Positions 23,472 to 32,000 of a stretch of DNA of 32,000 bases are shown here, in pieces (position 1 is the first letter of the stretch; each line of letters opens with the position of its first letter). This stretch comes from Halogeometricum borinquense DSM 11551. GTDB taxonomy: Archaea > Halobacteriota > Halobacteria > Halobacteriales > Haloferacaceae. The translations under genes were made by a program, and so were the position numbers. The notes beneath the pieces are model-generated. The model was given only the letters and a program-made list of their open reading frames with translations, was not told the origin of the DNA and did not search any database. The stretch is taken from assembly GCF_000172995.2 (NCBI RefSeq), contig NC_014729.1, positions 1,380,001 to 1,412,000 of the forward strand, written 5' to 3'.

Positions 23472-23938
23472 AGACTGTGTAAACTGCCGTTCTGACGCCG
23501 GCTATCGGCGGGTTCAGCCGAGTGAACACGTTGATCTTTCGTTCTGAGACATCACCCACGAGAGCGATAGCTTCGGCAGTGGATTCGGGGTCAACGACCC
23601 GATGAGCGTGGTGCCCGTCCGAAACTTGTCCTGAGCCGGGGAATAGGAAATGATCTCCAGTTATCTGACCTCCGAAACGATTAGCAAACACGTGCTCCTT
23701 CGACCGCCTCTACACATCGCCGCAATCAAGGAGCGAGCAATTGTGTTGGATGGCTATCAAGTTCGCGGTACGAATGGGATTTCGGTCTGCGAACGAGCGG
23801 ACGACTCCGAGCAAAGAGTCCTCGTCTGTCCCGTCTATTCAAGAGCTGACGGGAGGCTCGAATCGAAATCGGAGTCGTGGTGGCGGTGGTTCGCTAACGC
23901 CCCAAGAGTGTGAATCACGCTTCGGGGTAGAGATCTAC

Positions 23939-24281
23939 ATGGACGGGCTGGAGACGAAGATTCAGCGACTAGCCAAGAAACACGGCGCAGACCAAGTCCG
24001 AGAATGGGCCGACGAAGGCATGACCGTCGATACCATGGGCAAACCCCGAGACATGCGCGCGTTCCGCCAGCGTCAGAAAGAACGGCCCGCGGAAGTGCCG
24101 AAGGACATCGAGCGCCGGAACGCTAAATCCGTCCAGCGCAGTCGTGGCGCGCATCATGAACCGTCAAAGGCTGGCGACACACAGGTCCCGGATTCAGTAC
24201 GAGACGTGATCTCCTCGCCCGGCCAGCAACTCGACACGAGCATCCAGCGCGCGATGGAAGACCGAATGGGTGACAATTTAG
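23939..24281 (+). pseudogene. Truncated DUF4157-like (eCIS-core/toxin N-terminal type) gene fragment
   Basis: MDGLETKIQRLAKKHG...MGKPRDMRAFRQRQKERPAEVPKDIERRNAKSVQRS...VPDSVRDVISSPGQQLDTSIQRAMEDRMGDN matches the N-terminal half of haloarchaeal DUF4157 proteins, from my recall of that family. The expected continuation (F/L-x-D-V-R-I/V-H-T-G ... HExxH) is missing. The reading frame runs into unrelated sequence after about nt 24278. Confidence 0.5.
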
Positions 24282-24455
24282 GACGAACACGGGAATCAAC
24301 CGCTTTGGACAGCAGTTCAAAGTGGAGATTACGAGATGACTTCGTTGCTCGTGGAACATGGCGCAGACCCAGATCATGAAAACAAAGTTGGCAGAAGTCC
24401 CCTCTCAATTGCTGAAGAAGCAGATGCGCATAAATTCATAGAAATATTAAAATAG
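24282..24455 (+). pseudogene. Ankyrin-repeat protein C-terminal remnant (about 1.5 repeats, no proper start)
   Basis: The frame opened by the TAG at 24279-24281 reads DEHGNQPLWTAVQSGDYEMTSLLVEHGADPDHENKVGRSPLSIAEEADAHKFIEILK*. This fits the ankyrin consensus (G-x-TPL-x-A...G-x-x-x-x-v-x-LL-x-x-GAD-x-N). It is too short to appear in the supplied ORF track. Confidence 0.6.
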
Positions 24456-24566
24456 GGGATCTTGTCCGAGTAGTTTGAGTCAAGCGTAGAAAATGAAATT
24501 TCACTTGTCGAATACTGAGATGGTTCTGTGATCTTTATCTGAACACTGTTCGGACGGTCGGCAACG

Positions 24567-24575
24567 CTTATTATT
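24567..24575 (+). promoter_or_regulatory. Candidate TATA box (CTTATTATT) for thiC
   Basis: Centred 27 nt upstream of the thiC ATG at 24598. Consistent with a leaderless transcript. Confidence 0.4.
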
Positions 24576-24597
24576 CGGTAGTATCACTAGGTAGTCG

Positions 24598-26052
24598 ATG
24601 ACGACGCAGTTCCAACACGCGAGAGACGGCGAGACGACAGACGCGATGCGGCGAGTCGCAGAACGTGAGAACGTCTCCCCGGAGTTCGTCCGCGAGGAGG
24701 TGGCGGCCGGGCACGCGGTCATTCCGGCGAACCACAATCACGCGTCGCTTGACCCGATGATTATCGGTGAAGCGTTCTCGACAAAAGTGAACGCGAACAT
24801 CGGGAACAGCGAGGAGACGAGTTCGCGCGAGGAGGAACTGAAAAAACTCCACATGGCGATTCACCACGGTGCGGACACGGTGATGGACCTCTCGACGGGG
24901 CAGAATCTCGACGATGTCCGCGAGGCCAACGTCCGCTACTCGCCCGTTCCGGTCGGAACCGTCCCCATCTACGAGGCGGTCAAGCAGGTCGATGATCCGG
25001 ACGATATCACGCACGAACTCCTCCTCGACGTGATTCGTAAGCAGGCCGAACAGGGCGTTGACTACATGACTATCCACGCGGGCGTCCTGATGGAACACCT
25101 GCCGCTCACGGACGGCCGGAAGACGGGAATCGTCTCACGCGGCGGATCGATTCTCGCAAAGTGGATGGAAGAAAACGCGATGCAGAACCCGCTGTACGTC
25201 CACTTCGAGGAGATCTGTGAGGTGTTCGCGGAGTACGACGTGACGTTCAGCCTCGGTGACGGCCTCCGACCGGGATGTATCGCTGATGCCGGCGACGAAG
25301 CGCAGTACGCCGAGTTGGAGACGCTCGGCGAACTTGTTGGCATCGCCCGCGACCACGGCGTGCAGGCGATGGTCGAAGGACCGGGACACGTTCCTCTCGA
25401 CATGGTCGCAGAACAGGTCGAACGCGAACGCGAAGTCTGCGACGGCGCGCCGTTCTACCTCCTCGGTCCTCTCGTGACCGACATCGCGCCGGGCTACGAC
25501 CACATCACCAGCGCAATCGGTGCGACGGAGGCCGCACGCGCGGGCGCGGCGATGCTCTGCTACGTCACGCCGAAAGAACACCTTGGTCTTCCAGACGCCG
25601 AGGACGTGCGTGACGGTCTCGCGGCCTATCGCATCGCGGCGCACGCGGGCGACGTGGCCGCAGGTCTGCCCGGCGCACGCGACTGGGACGACGCTCTCTC
25701 AGAAGCGCGGTACGCGTTCGACTGGCGGCGACAGTTCGACCTAGCCTTAGACCCGGAACGCGCACAGGATTATCACGACCAGACGCTCCCCGGAGACAAC
25801 TACAAAGAAGCACGCTTCTGCTCGATGTGCGGCGTGGAGTTCTGTTCGATGCGTATCGACCAAGACGCCAGAGACGCCGACGGCGAGATGGAACACATCG
25901 AGGACGAGACCGACCTCGACGACTCCTCGGCCGCCGAGGTGAATCTCCCGCCCGTCGGAACGCACGACACCTCTCGCGTGCCCGAACTGCCCGACTTCCT
26001 CCGCGAGATTCACGACGCCGACGCACGGTCTGGAGCGAGCGCCGACGACTAA
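24598..26052 (+). CDS. thiC: Phosphomethylpyrimidine synthase (radical SAM ThiC)
   Basis: Full-length ThiC hallmarks: [52 protein letters not shown], and the C-terminal CSMCGxxFCSM Fe-S motif. Confidence 0.97.
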   Translation: MTTQFQHARDGETTDAMRRVAERENVSPEFVREEVAAGHAVIPANHNHASLDPMIIGEAFSTKVNANIGNSEETSSREEELKKLHMAIHHGADTVMDLSTGQNLDDVREANVRYSPVPVGTVPIYEAVKQVDDPDDITHELLLDVIRKQAEQGVDYMTIHAGVLMEHLPLTDGRKTGIVSRGGSILAKWMEENAMQNPLYVHFEEICEVFAEYDVTFSLGDGLRPGCIADAGDEAQYAELETLGELVGIARDHGVQAMVEGPGHVPLDMVAEQVEREREVCDGAPFYLLGPLVTDIAPGYDHITSAIGATEAARAGAAMLCYVTPKEHLGLPDAEDVRDGLAAYRIAAHAGDVAAGLPGARDWDDALSEARYAFDWRRQFDLALDPERAQDYHDQTLPGDNYKEARFCSMCGVEFCSMRIDQDARDADGEMEHIEDETDLDDSSAAEVNLPPVGTHDTSRVPELPDFLREIHDADARSGASADD

Positions 26053-26141
26053 ACGCGGTCTGCGGCGACATCACTTGCGCCGTGCGGCGTCCGATCCGCC
26101 GCCTCCGAAATTGGTAAGGTCTCGCACACGGAGCATGCGGT

Positions 26142-27224
26142 GTGTCGCGCGACCCTCCCGTCTCGCCGTTCGTTGGCCTCGTCGTCGCCGTTCTCGCGGT
26201 CAGCGCGAGCGCGATTCTCGTCCGGTACAGCGAGGCTCCGAGTCTCGTGAAGGCGCTTTACCGGGTGGTGTTTACGGTGAGTCTCCTCGCGCCCGTCGCG
26301 TTCGCGCGTTCCCGCGAGGAACTCCGCGAGTTGCCGCGTCGAGACCTCCTTTGGGCCGGCGTTGCGGGCGTCGCGCTCGCCGTTCACTTCGCCTCGTGGT
26401 TCGAGAGTTTAGCGTGGACCAGCGTCGCTGCCAGCGTCACCCTCGTACAGGCGCAACCGCTGTTCGTCGCCATCGGCGCGTGGGCGCTCCTCGACGAACG
26501 TATCACGCGCGGCGTCGCTGTCGGCATCGCTGTCGCGCTTTTTGGGATGGCGACGATGACACTCGGTGATCTGTTCATCCCCGATATCGCACGCGCACTC
26601 GCCGTCCTGCCGGGACTGGAGAGTCTCGCGACGCTGTCCACCGCGGGGAGTGCGGAGACGACACTGGCAGGCGAGGCACCGCTCTACGGTGACGCGCTCG
26701 CGCTCGTCGGTGCGGTGACGGCCGCCGCCTACGTCCTCGCGGGCCGGTCGCTCCGCCAACGCATCTCGCTGATTCCCTACGTGACGGTCGTTTACACCGT
26801 CTGCGCGCTCGTTCTCCTCGGATTCACTCTCGCCCGCGGCCACCCGCTGTTCGACTACGCGGCCCGCGAGTGGGTACTGTTCGTCGCTATGGCCGTCGGT
26901 CCCGGCGTGTTCGGGCACACAGTGCTCAACTGGGCACTGGGCTACGTCGAGTCCAGCGTCGTCTCGGTATCCCTTCTCGGTGAGCCGATTGGGAGTACTG
27001 CTCTCGCCCTCATTCTCTTATCTGAGATCCCCACACCGATGACGATTTTCGGTGGGGCTGTCGTCTTAATCGGCATCTATCTGACTACCGTCCGAAAACA
27101 GGCGGATGAAGCTGTTGAAACGAGACAAATGCTCCTAGTCAGACGTTTGACTGACGCCCGTCTGCCAAGCCGTCTCCCGATACTCATTCTAGTATCAAAA
27201 TTGATATTCCAGTCACAACGCTGA
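26142..27224 (+). CDS. DMT-superfamily (EamA-like) transporter
   Basis: About ten hydrophobic segments arranged as two EamA halves (ILVRYSEAPSL...LLDERIT and ...LLSEIPTPMTIFGGAVVLIGIYL). GTG start. The last about 45 aa are atypical, so the 3' end could be over-extended. Confidence 0.82.
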   Translation: MSRDPPVSPFVGLVVAVLAVSASAILVRYSEAPSLVKALYRVVFTVSLLAPVAFARSREELRELPRRDLLWAGVAGVALAVHFASWFESLAWTSVAASVTLVQAQPLFVAIGAWALLDERITRGVAVGIAVALFGMATMTLGDLFIPDIARALAVLPGLESLATLSTAGSAETTLAGEAPLYGDALALVGAVTAAAYVLAGRSLRQRISLIPYVTVVYTVCALVLLGFTLARGHPLFDYAAREWVLFVAMAVGPGVFGHTVLNWALGYVESSVVSVSLLGEPIGSTALALILLSEIPTPMTIFGGAVVLIGIYLTTVRKQADEAVETRQMLLVRRLTDARLPSRLPILILVSKLIFQSQR

Positions 27225-27250
27225 TAACCCGTTGGGACGGTTGGCGAGAT

Positions 27251-29206
27251 ATGCCGTCGCTCCGGAAGGGCATCTCTGTGCTTTACGTCGACGATGAGCC
27301 GGAGCTTTCCTCACTTGTTGCGACATATCTCGAACGAGAGGCGGCCGACGTACATCTCTCGGTCGAGACGGCGACGAATCCCAGTGACGCACTGGGCCTC
27401 TTGAGCGATGCTCAGGACGACTTCGACTGTATCGTCAGCGACTACGAGATGCCCGAGATGAACGGTCTTGAACTGCTCCGCGCCGTGCGTGCGACGCGAC
27501 CGAATCTGCCGTTCATCCTCTATACGGGCAAAGGCTCCGAGGAGGTCGCGCGCGACGCATTTCGCGTCGGTGCGACCGACTATATGCAGAAGACCACCGG
27601 GACCGACCAGTACGCGGTGTTGGCCAACCGTGTCGTCAACGCCGTTTCGAGAAACCGAGCCGAGGAAGCAACCGAACGGTACGATAGCGTGTTTGAAGCG
27701 CTCGAAACCGCCGTCTACGTGGTCGATGAGTCCGGCCAGTTCGTCTCGGTTGACGACGTGTTCGTCGAGTTGATCGGATACGACCGCGAGACGATTCTCG
27801 GCAATCACGTCTCCAGTCTCTCCCCGGACGACGAACAGAAGATACGAGACGAACTCGATCGGCTGTTCGCAAAGGACGGTGTAGAGACCACCCGGTTCGA
27901 GACAGACGTGTGTACCGCCTCCAAAGAGCGCATCCACTGCATCGCCACCATGTCGTTCAAGTCGTTCGAAGGCGGCGCACAGCGCGTTGTCGGGACGCTC
28001 CACGGCGTGACCGAACAACGAGGGCAACAGGAACGGGACCAGTATCTCGCCCGGCTCAAAGACGCCGTCCTCGATACGTCCACGACGCTAATGAGCGCAG
28101 AGGTGGACGAAATCGGCACGAAGATTCACTGGACGCTCCAGAGCCTCGGCGAATTCGCCGACGTCGATGGTGCGGCCGTCTACTCGTACGATTCGGACGT
28201 TGACGCGCTCCAGAAGACGCACGAGTGGACGATTGACGACCAGTTTCCGTTACCGAGTACTGTCAGAGGTGACGACTGGACGTGGTTCCTCGAACGTCTC
28301 CGTTGTTTCGAGAACGTCCGTGCCACCGACGCGAGTACGCTCTCGCCGTCGGAACCCGAGCCGTTGTGCCTCCCTGAGAATGGGAGCTTTCTCGCACTCC
28401 CGATGGTTTCGAACTGGTCGCTCGTCGGTGCTGTGACACTCATGTCCACCACTTCGCGCCAGTGGTCCGATAAGGAGGTTTCGCTGTTCGGAACGGCGGC
28501 CGACATGCTCTCGTACACGCTTGAACGACAACAGCGAGAACGCCAGCTTCGACAGCAGAACGAGCGGTTAGAGGAGTTCGCAAGTGTGGTGAGCCACGAT
28601 CTGCGGAACCCGATGAACGTCGTAGATGGCTTCATGGAACTCGCTCGTGACACGGGCGACGTATCGCATCTCGACCGCGCGATGGACGCACTCGACCGGA
28701 TGGACGCGCTCGTCAATGACGTTCTCGAACTCGCTCGGCAAGGCCGAACTGTTGGCGAGACATCACCGGTTGACCTTACTGGCGTCGTCAGGCGCGCGTG
28801 GTCTGCCGTCGAGACGGGCGAGGCGACGCTCGAACTGGACGACGACCTCGCGACCGTCTCGGCGGATGCGAGCCGACTGACGCAGGTCTTCGAGAACCTC
28901 GTCCGCAACGCCGTCGAACACGGTGGCGACGATGTCACCATCTCGGTCGGCCCGCTTCCCCAGACCCCCGGCTTCTACGTCGAAGATGACGGGCCGGGTA
29001 TCCCGGAAGCGGACCGTTCGGCGGTCTTCGAACAGGGACACACTACCTCCGAAGATGGCTCTGGGTTCGGCCTCTCTATCGTGGAGGGAATCGTCGAAGC
29101 TCACGGGTGGACTATCGGTGTCACGGAGGGTTCCGATGGCGGTGCACGGTTCGAAATCATCACCGCACCGCACACGCAGACGTTCAGCCAGCCGCATGCG
29201 AACTGA
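27251..29206 (+). CDS. Hybrid sensor: response-regulator receiver, PAS, GAF, HisKA and HATPase histidine kinase (soluble)
   Basis: REC (VLYVDDEP...DCIVSDYEMPEMNGLELL...ILYTGKGSE...GATDYMQK), PAS-like (FEALETAVYVVDESGQFVSVDDVFVELIGYDRETILG), a GAF-like middle region, H-box FASVVSHDLRNPMN, N-box LVRNAVEHG, G1 EDDGPGI, G2 GSGFGLSIV. Confidence 0.9.
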   Translation: MPSLRKGISVLYVDDEPELSSLVATYLEREAADVHLSVETATNPSDALGLLSDAQDDFDCIVSDYEMPEMNGLELLRAVRATRPNLPFILYTGKGSEEVARDAFRVGATDYMQKTTGTDQYAVLANRVVNAVSRNRAEEATERYDSVFEALETAVYVVDESGQFVSVDDVFVELIGYDRETILGNHVSSLSPDDEQKIRDELDRLFAKDGVETTRFETDVCTASKERIHCIATMSFKSFEGGAQRVVGTLHGVTEQRGQQERDQYLARLKDAVLDTSTTLMSAEVDEIGTKIHWTLQSLGEFADVDGAAVYSYDSDVDALQKTHEWTIDDQFPLPSTVRGDDWTWFLERLRCFENVRATDASTLSPSEPEPLCLPENGSFLALPMVSNWSLVGAVTLMSTTSRQWSDKEVSLFGTAADMLSYTLERQQRERQLRQQNERLEEFASVVSHDLRNPMNVVDGFMELARDTGDVSHLDRAMDALDRMDALVNDVLELARQGRTVGETSPVDLTGVVRRAWSAVETGEATLELDDDLATVSADASRLTQVFENLVRNAVEHGGDDVTISVGPLPQTPGFYVEDDGPGIPEADRSAVFEQGHTTSEDGSGFGLSIVEGIVEAHGWTIGVTEGSDGGARFEIITAPHTQTFSQPHAN

Positions 29207-29288
29207 GCAGACGTTACCGGCGTGTTTCTCGTGAGATGATACGCTTCCAATGAATTCTTATTGTGAGCCAGGAATCACGAATACGAGT

Positions 29289-29510
29289 ATGGCCTATGCC
29301 CTCCACACGCTGAAGGTTGTCTCCGGTGCAGTTCTCACGCTCCCGATGTATCTCGCGGCAGACTCACATATCCAGTTTGACGGTCTGGTTCTCTTCGGAG
29401 GGCTGTTTTTACTCGGCTTGTTCTGCATGGTACACGGGCTGTTCACCGGTATCGCGGCCGCGGTTAGGGCAGGAACCACACCAGCCGCAGAGACACGATC
29501 AGCTGATTGA
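29289..29510 (+). CDS. Small hypothetical membrane protein (2 predicted TM segments)
   Basis: The ORF is 29250-29510. The ATG at 29289 lies about 27 nt downstream of a TATA-like CTTATTG. Hydrophobic segments: VVSGAVLTLPMYLAA and LVLFGGLFLLGLFCMVHGLF. No known motif. Confidence 0.35.
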   Translation: MAYALHTLKVVSGAVLTLPMYLAADSHIQFDGLVLFGGLFLLGLFCMVHGLFTGIAAAVRAGTTPAAETRSAD

Positions 29511-29552
29511 TATTCTCCAATAACTCCGTCAGTGGACCGCTATTGCACCAGT

Positions 29553-30032
29553 TCACTCAAGCAACGCTTTCGTCTTCGCGTGTCGCTGTCGAAACATCGG
29601 TTCGAGACCGATGATGCCGAGCGGTGATACTGCCCGCCCGACTCCGCCGCCCGGAAACTCGTACTCCACGTGGTCTTCCATAAGCGTCTTCTCGCCGTCA
29701 GCGTAGAAGCGGTGGGTGTGAACCCACTTCTTGAACGGTCCGCCGATCATCTCGTCACGGAACATCGCCGTGTAATCGTCTAACTCGCGGGCGACGATGT
29801 GTGAGGTCCATCGCTGTGCCGGACCGACGTCGAACGGTCGCATCGACATTCGTATTTTCGACCCCGCGTCCAACGTCTCTGGGTCGAGTGTCCCGTCTGG
29901 CCCGCGGACGGAGACGATATCGAGGCCCATCCAGTCGGGTGTCAGCGCCTCCAATCCGGACTCGTCCGAGTGAAATTCCCAGATCGTAGATAGCGGTGCG
30001 CCGATTCGGGTACAGCGCGTGTACGTAGCCAT
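29553..30032 (-). CDS. SRPBCC (START/cyclase-dehydrase fold) family protein
   Basis: At 159 aa, the size and the pattern IGAPLSTIWEFHSD...LTPDW...HIVARELD...FRDEMIGGPFKKWVHTHRF...GEKTLMEDHVEYE match SRPBCC ligand-binding proteins. Assigned from recall. Confidence 0.75.
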   Translation of the reverse strand: MATYTRCTRIGAPLSTIWEFHSDESGLEALTPDWMGLDIVSVRGPDGTLDPETLDAGSKIRMSMRPFDVGPAQRWTSHIVARELDDYTAMFRDEMIGGPFKKWVHTHRFYADGEKTLMEDHVEYEFPGGGVGRAVSPLGIIGLEPMFRQRHAKTKALLE

Positions 30033-30125
30033 GCTCCGACTAACGGACGACGCGAAGAAAAGTCCGCGGGCGGTCGGTTCGAAGGCCTGCCCGTCGGGAC
30101 CGACTGTCTTTCTGCGCCGCCCGGT

Positions 30126-32000
30126 TCAGAGCGTGAACCGGGTGACGTTCGTCCCGGCGGCGGTCAGGTCGGCATCTGTCGCCGCGGCCACGGTCACTTG
30201 GTTCTCGCCGTGTTCGATTCCGAGAACGGCCTCGAACGTCCCACCTTCGGGTTCGACCATCGTCGTCTCACTCGGCGTCTTCACCGCGATGACGGCGGCG
30301 TTCGTCTGGCCGTTGACGATGAGGTTGTCGCCCATAAAGCGCGTACTCACCTGCAGTTTCGGTCGGTCCGGCCGGTCTGAGTCAACGTAGCGTTCGCGGA
30401 CGAATGCAGGCGTTTCGACGGGGTCGCCCGCATCAACGCCGTGTGCAAGGCGGACGAACTGCGCCATCGACCACGCCAGCGGTGTCGCCGCTCCAGTTCC
30501 CTCGCCGAACTCCCAGTTATACGCCGTGCTGTGTTCGCGGTCCCACACCTGCTCTGCGAGCATCCGACCGGAGTTTGCGAATCCGGCCATCGTTTCGAGG
30601 AGGTTTTCGGGGGCGAGTGGGCCTTCCTCGGTGCCGTTCAGTAGTTCGAACTCGCCGCGTTCGCCGGTGAAGATGGGCCAGAGACGACCCTTGCCCTTCG
30701 ATTCGATGGACCACGGTGCGCCCTCTTCGTCGCGTTCGCGTTCGCCGTAGCCGTCGCCGTTGTAGCGGTAGAACGCCGGTCCGTACGGCGTATCGACGCG
30801 GATTGTACTGTCCACCTCGGTGACGGAGTTCTGGATCACTTCGTCGTCGGCGGGCTTGATACCGAGTCTGACGAGTTCGAGGAAACCCCCATCGATGATC
30901 TCACGCTCGTCTAACGTCGGCCCGTTGTTCGCCAGCGTCCGGAGATGTCCGGCGTCCGGGTCGCCACCACGGGTGATGCGGACGTAGTAGGGAACGGTGT
31001 CGTGTCGCTCCGTCCCCGTTCGTGTCGCCGTCCACGACTCCACGTTGTCCGTCCAGTCGTCAGCGAGTGCCAGCCAGATGAGGGCGTCGGCGTCGTGCCC
31101 CTCATCGATAGCTATCGCGGCGGCGGAGGCCAGCCCTGCGATTTCGGCGGCGATGGAGGAGGGCGAGTAGCCCGCTTCCTCCTCCCAGCGTTCTTGGGCC
31201 GTCGGTGGCCCGTTGCGAGCCACGTAGTCCGCAGAGCGCTTGACGTTCACGTAGTCGTAGCCAACGTCGTCGAACGTGACGCCTCGCTCGGCGAGCATGT
31301 ACGCCATGACGGCGGGGAACGAGATGTTGTCCATCTGCTCGCCGCCCCAGCGGGTTCGTCCGTTGAGGTAGGTGTTCTGTGGGATGAAGCCGCGTCTGTC
31401 CTGCTGGTACTCGTAGATGTATTCGAGAGCGTCGGCGGCGGTCTCCACGTCGCCGACGGCCTCGAACACCGTGAACACCTGATACAGGTCGCGCGACCAG
31501 ACGAAGTTGTAACCGTATCCTTTCGGTTCGTCGGAGGTGACCGCCTCACCCCACGGCACCGACGGCGAGGCGATTCCCGCGCCGAGGAACGTCTTATCTT
31601 CGACGGCGCGCAGTGCCATCAGGCAGGCGCGGTACTGGTTCGCTAGCGTTTCATCGTCCGCCACCGATGCCGGGAGTTCCTTGTCTGCGAGGAACTCCGC
31701 CCACGAGTCGGCGTAACTCGTCCGGACCGTCTCGTATCCGCGTGTCAACGCGCCCGCGGCCTCACCGAGCGCGGCCGCGGTGTCTGCGTGTTCTGCAAAG
31801 CCGAGCGCAATCGTCTCTCCGAGATTCGTCCCGCTTCCGATGCGGCCGACCAGAACGACGTTCTCGTTGTCCACGCTTTCCTGTGCGTTCGGTAGCTCTC
31901 CTTCGGAGAACAGTTCCGAGAGGTGGTCAGATCCGGCGACGCCGACCGTTCCCCAGTCGAACCGCCCGGCAGCGGTCATGGCGATGGCGACGCTGTATTC
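30126..32000 (-). CDS. Glycoside hydrolase family 15 glucoamylase/glucodextranase, 5' end outside the window
   Basis: GH15 catalytic (alpha/alpha)6 motifs: GYGYNFVWSRDLYQV, WGGEQMDN, ERWEEEAGYSPSSIAAEIAGL, AEQVWD, ATPLAWSMAQFVRL. An extra beta-rich C-terminal domain follows. The reading frame stays open to nt 32000, so the Met at 31979 is probably internal. Confidence 0.9.
   Translation of the reverse strand, partial: EYSVAIAMTAAGRFDWGTVGVAGSDHLSELFSEGELPNAQESVDNENVVLVGRIGSGTNLGETIALGFAEHADTAAALGEAAGALTRGYETVRTSYADSWAEFLADKELPASVADDETLANQYRACLMALRAVEDKTFLGAGIASPSVPWGEAVTSDEPKGYGYNFVWSRDLYQVFTVFEAVGDVETAADALEYIYEYQQDRRGFIPQNTYLNGRTRWGGEQMDNISFPAVMAYMLAERGVTFDDVGYDYVNVKRSADYVARNGPPTAQERWEEEAGYSPSSIAAEIAGLASAAAIAIDEGHDADALIWLALADDWTDNVESWTATRTGTERHDTVPYYVRITRGGDPDAGHLRTLANNGPTLDEREIIDGGFLELVRLGIKPADDEVIQNSVTEVDSTIRVDTPYGPAFYRYNGDGYGERERDEEGAPWSIESKGKGRLWPIFTGERGEFELLNGTEEGPLAPENLLETMAGFANSGRMLAEQVWDREHSTAYNWEFGEGTGAATPLAWSMAQFVRLAHGVDAGDPVETPAFVRERYVDSDRPDRPKLQVSTRFMGDNLIVNGQTNAAVIAVKTPSETTMVEPEGGTFEAVLGIEHGENQVTVAAATDADLTAAGTNVTRFTL

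Noticed and set aside
23470-23691. A 73-aa minus-strand ORF (GTG start) with a faint cupin-like string (GDHFLFPGSG...HHAH).
   Set aside because: It is too short, has no convincing motif, and sits inside the decayed insert. It may be another gene fragment, but I cannot support a call.
24456-24597. A possible TPP riboswitch upstream of thiC; a CTGAGA box is present at about 24514.
   Set aside because: Apart from CTGAGA I could not build the conserved P2/P3/P4-P5 helices or find the ACCTGATCTGGATAATGCCAGCG-like core. The TATA-like element 27 nt upstream of the ATG implies a leaderless mRNA with no room for an aptamer. A covariance-model scan would settle it.

Overview
The window reads as chromosome or large-replicon DNA from a haloarchaeon (class Halobacteria). 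The evidence is GC-rich coding sequence, very acidic predicted proteins, a TATA-box binding protein, an Orc1/Cdc6 initiator, Bat-type HTH_10 regulators, and a tRNA-Tyr with the archaeal/eukaryotic C1-G72 pair.

Layout, left to right:
- tbp, a winged-helix regulator, and an orc1/cdc6 gene.
- A replication origin directly next to orc1/cdc6. It has nine copies of a 20-nt origin-recognition-box (ORB) repeat, TTCACCGGAAAC-NN-GGTGT, and a roughly 31% GC unwinding region.
- A small unknown ORF, a full-length XPB/Rad25-type SF2 helicase (RED motif present) with an N-terminal wHTH, and a 750-aa gamma-class N6-adenine DNA methyltransferase-like protein (NPPW motif). No nuclease or Bax1 partner is visible.
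- tRNA-Tyr(GTA).
- An acyl-CoA-centred metabolic cluster: MaoC dehydratase, alpha/beta hydrolase, acyl-CoA synthetase, Bat-type regulator, a five-gene Liv-type ABC importer, a KAS III-like condensing enzyme and a hotdog thioesterase.
- queD-queE-queC (7-deazaguanine/archaeosine precursor genes).
- About 1 kb of decayed sequence holding a truncated DUF4157-like gene fused to an ankyrin-repeat remnant.
- thiC, an EamA/DMT transporter, a REC-PAS-GAF histidine kinase, an SRPBCC protein, and a GH15 glucoamylase that runs off the window end.

The best candidate for an undescribed system is the helicase-methyltransferase module (about 4650-9612) beside the origin. The unusual origin architecture and the repeat-bounded decayed toxin-like cassette are secondary leads.

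All protein calls rest on motifs read by eye from the supplied translations. No database search was possible.
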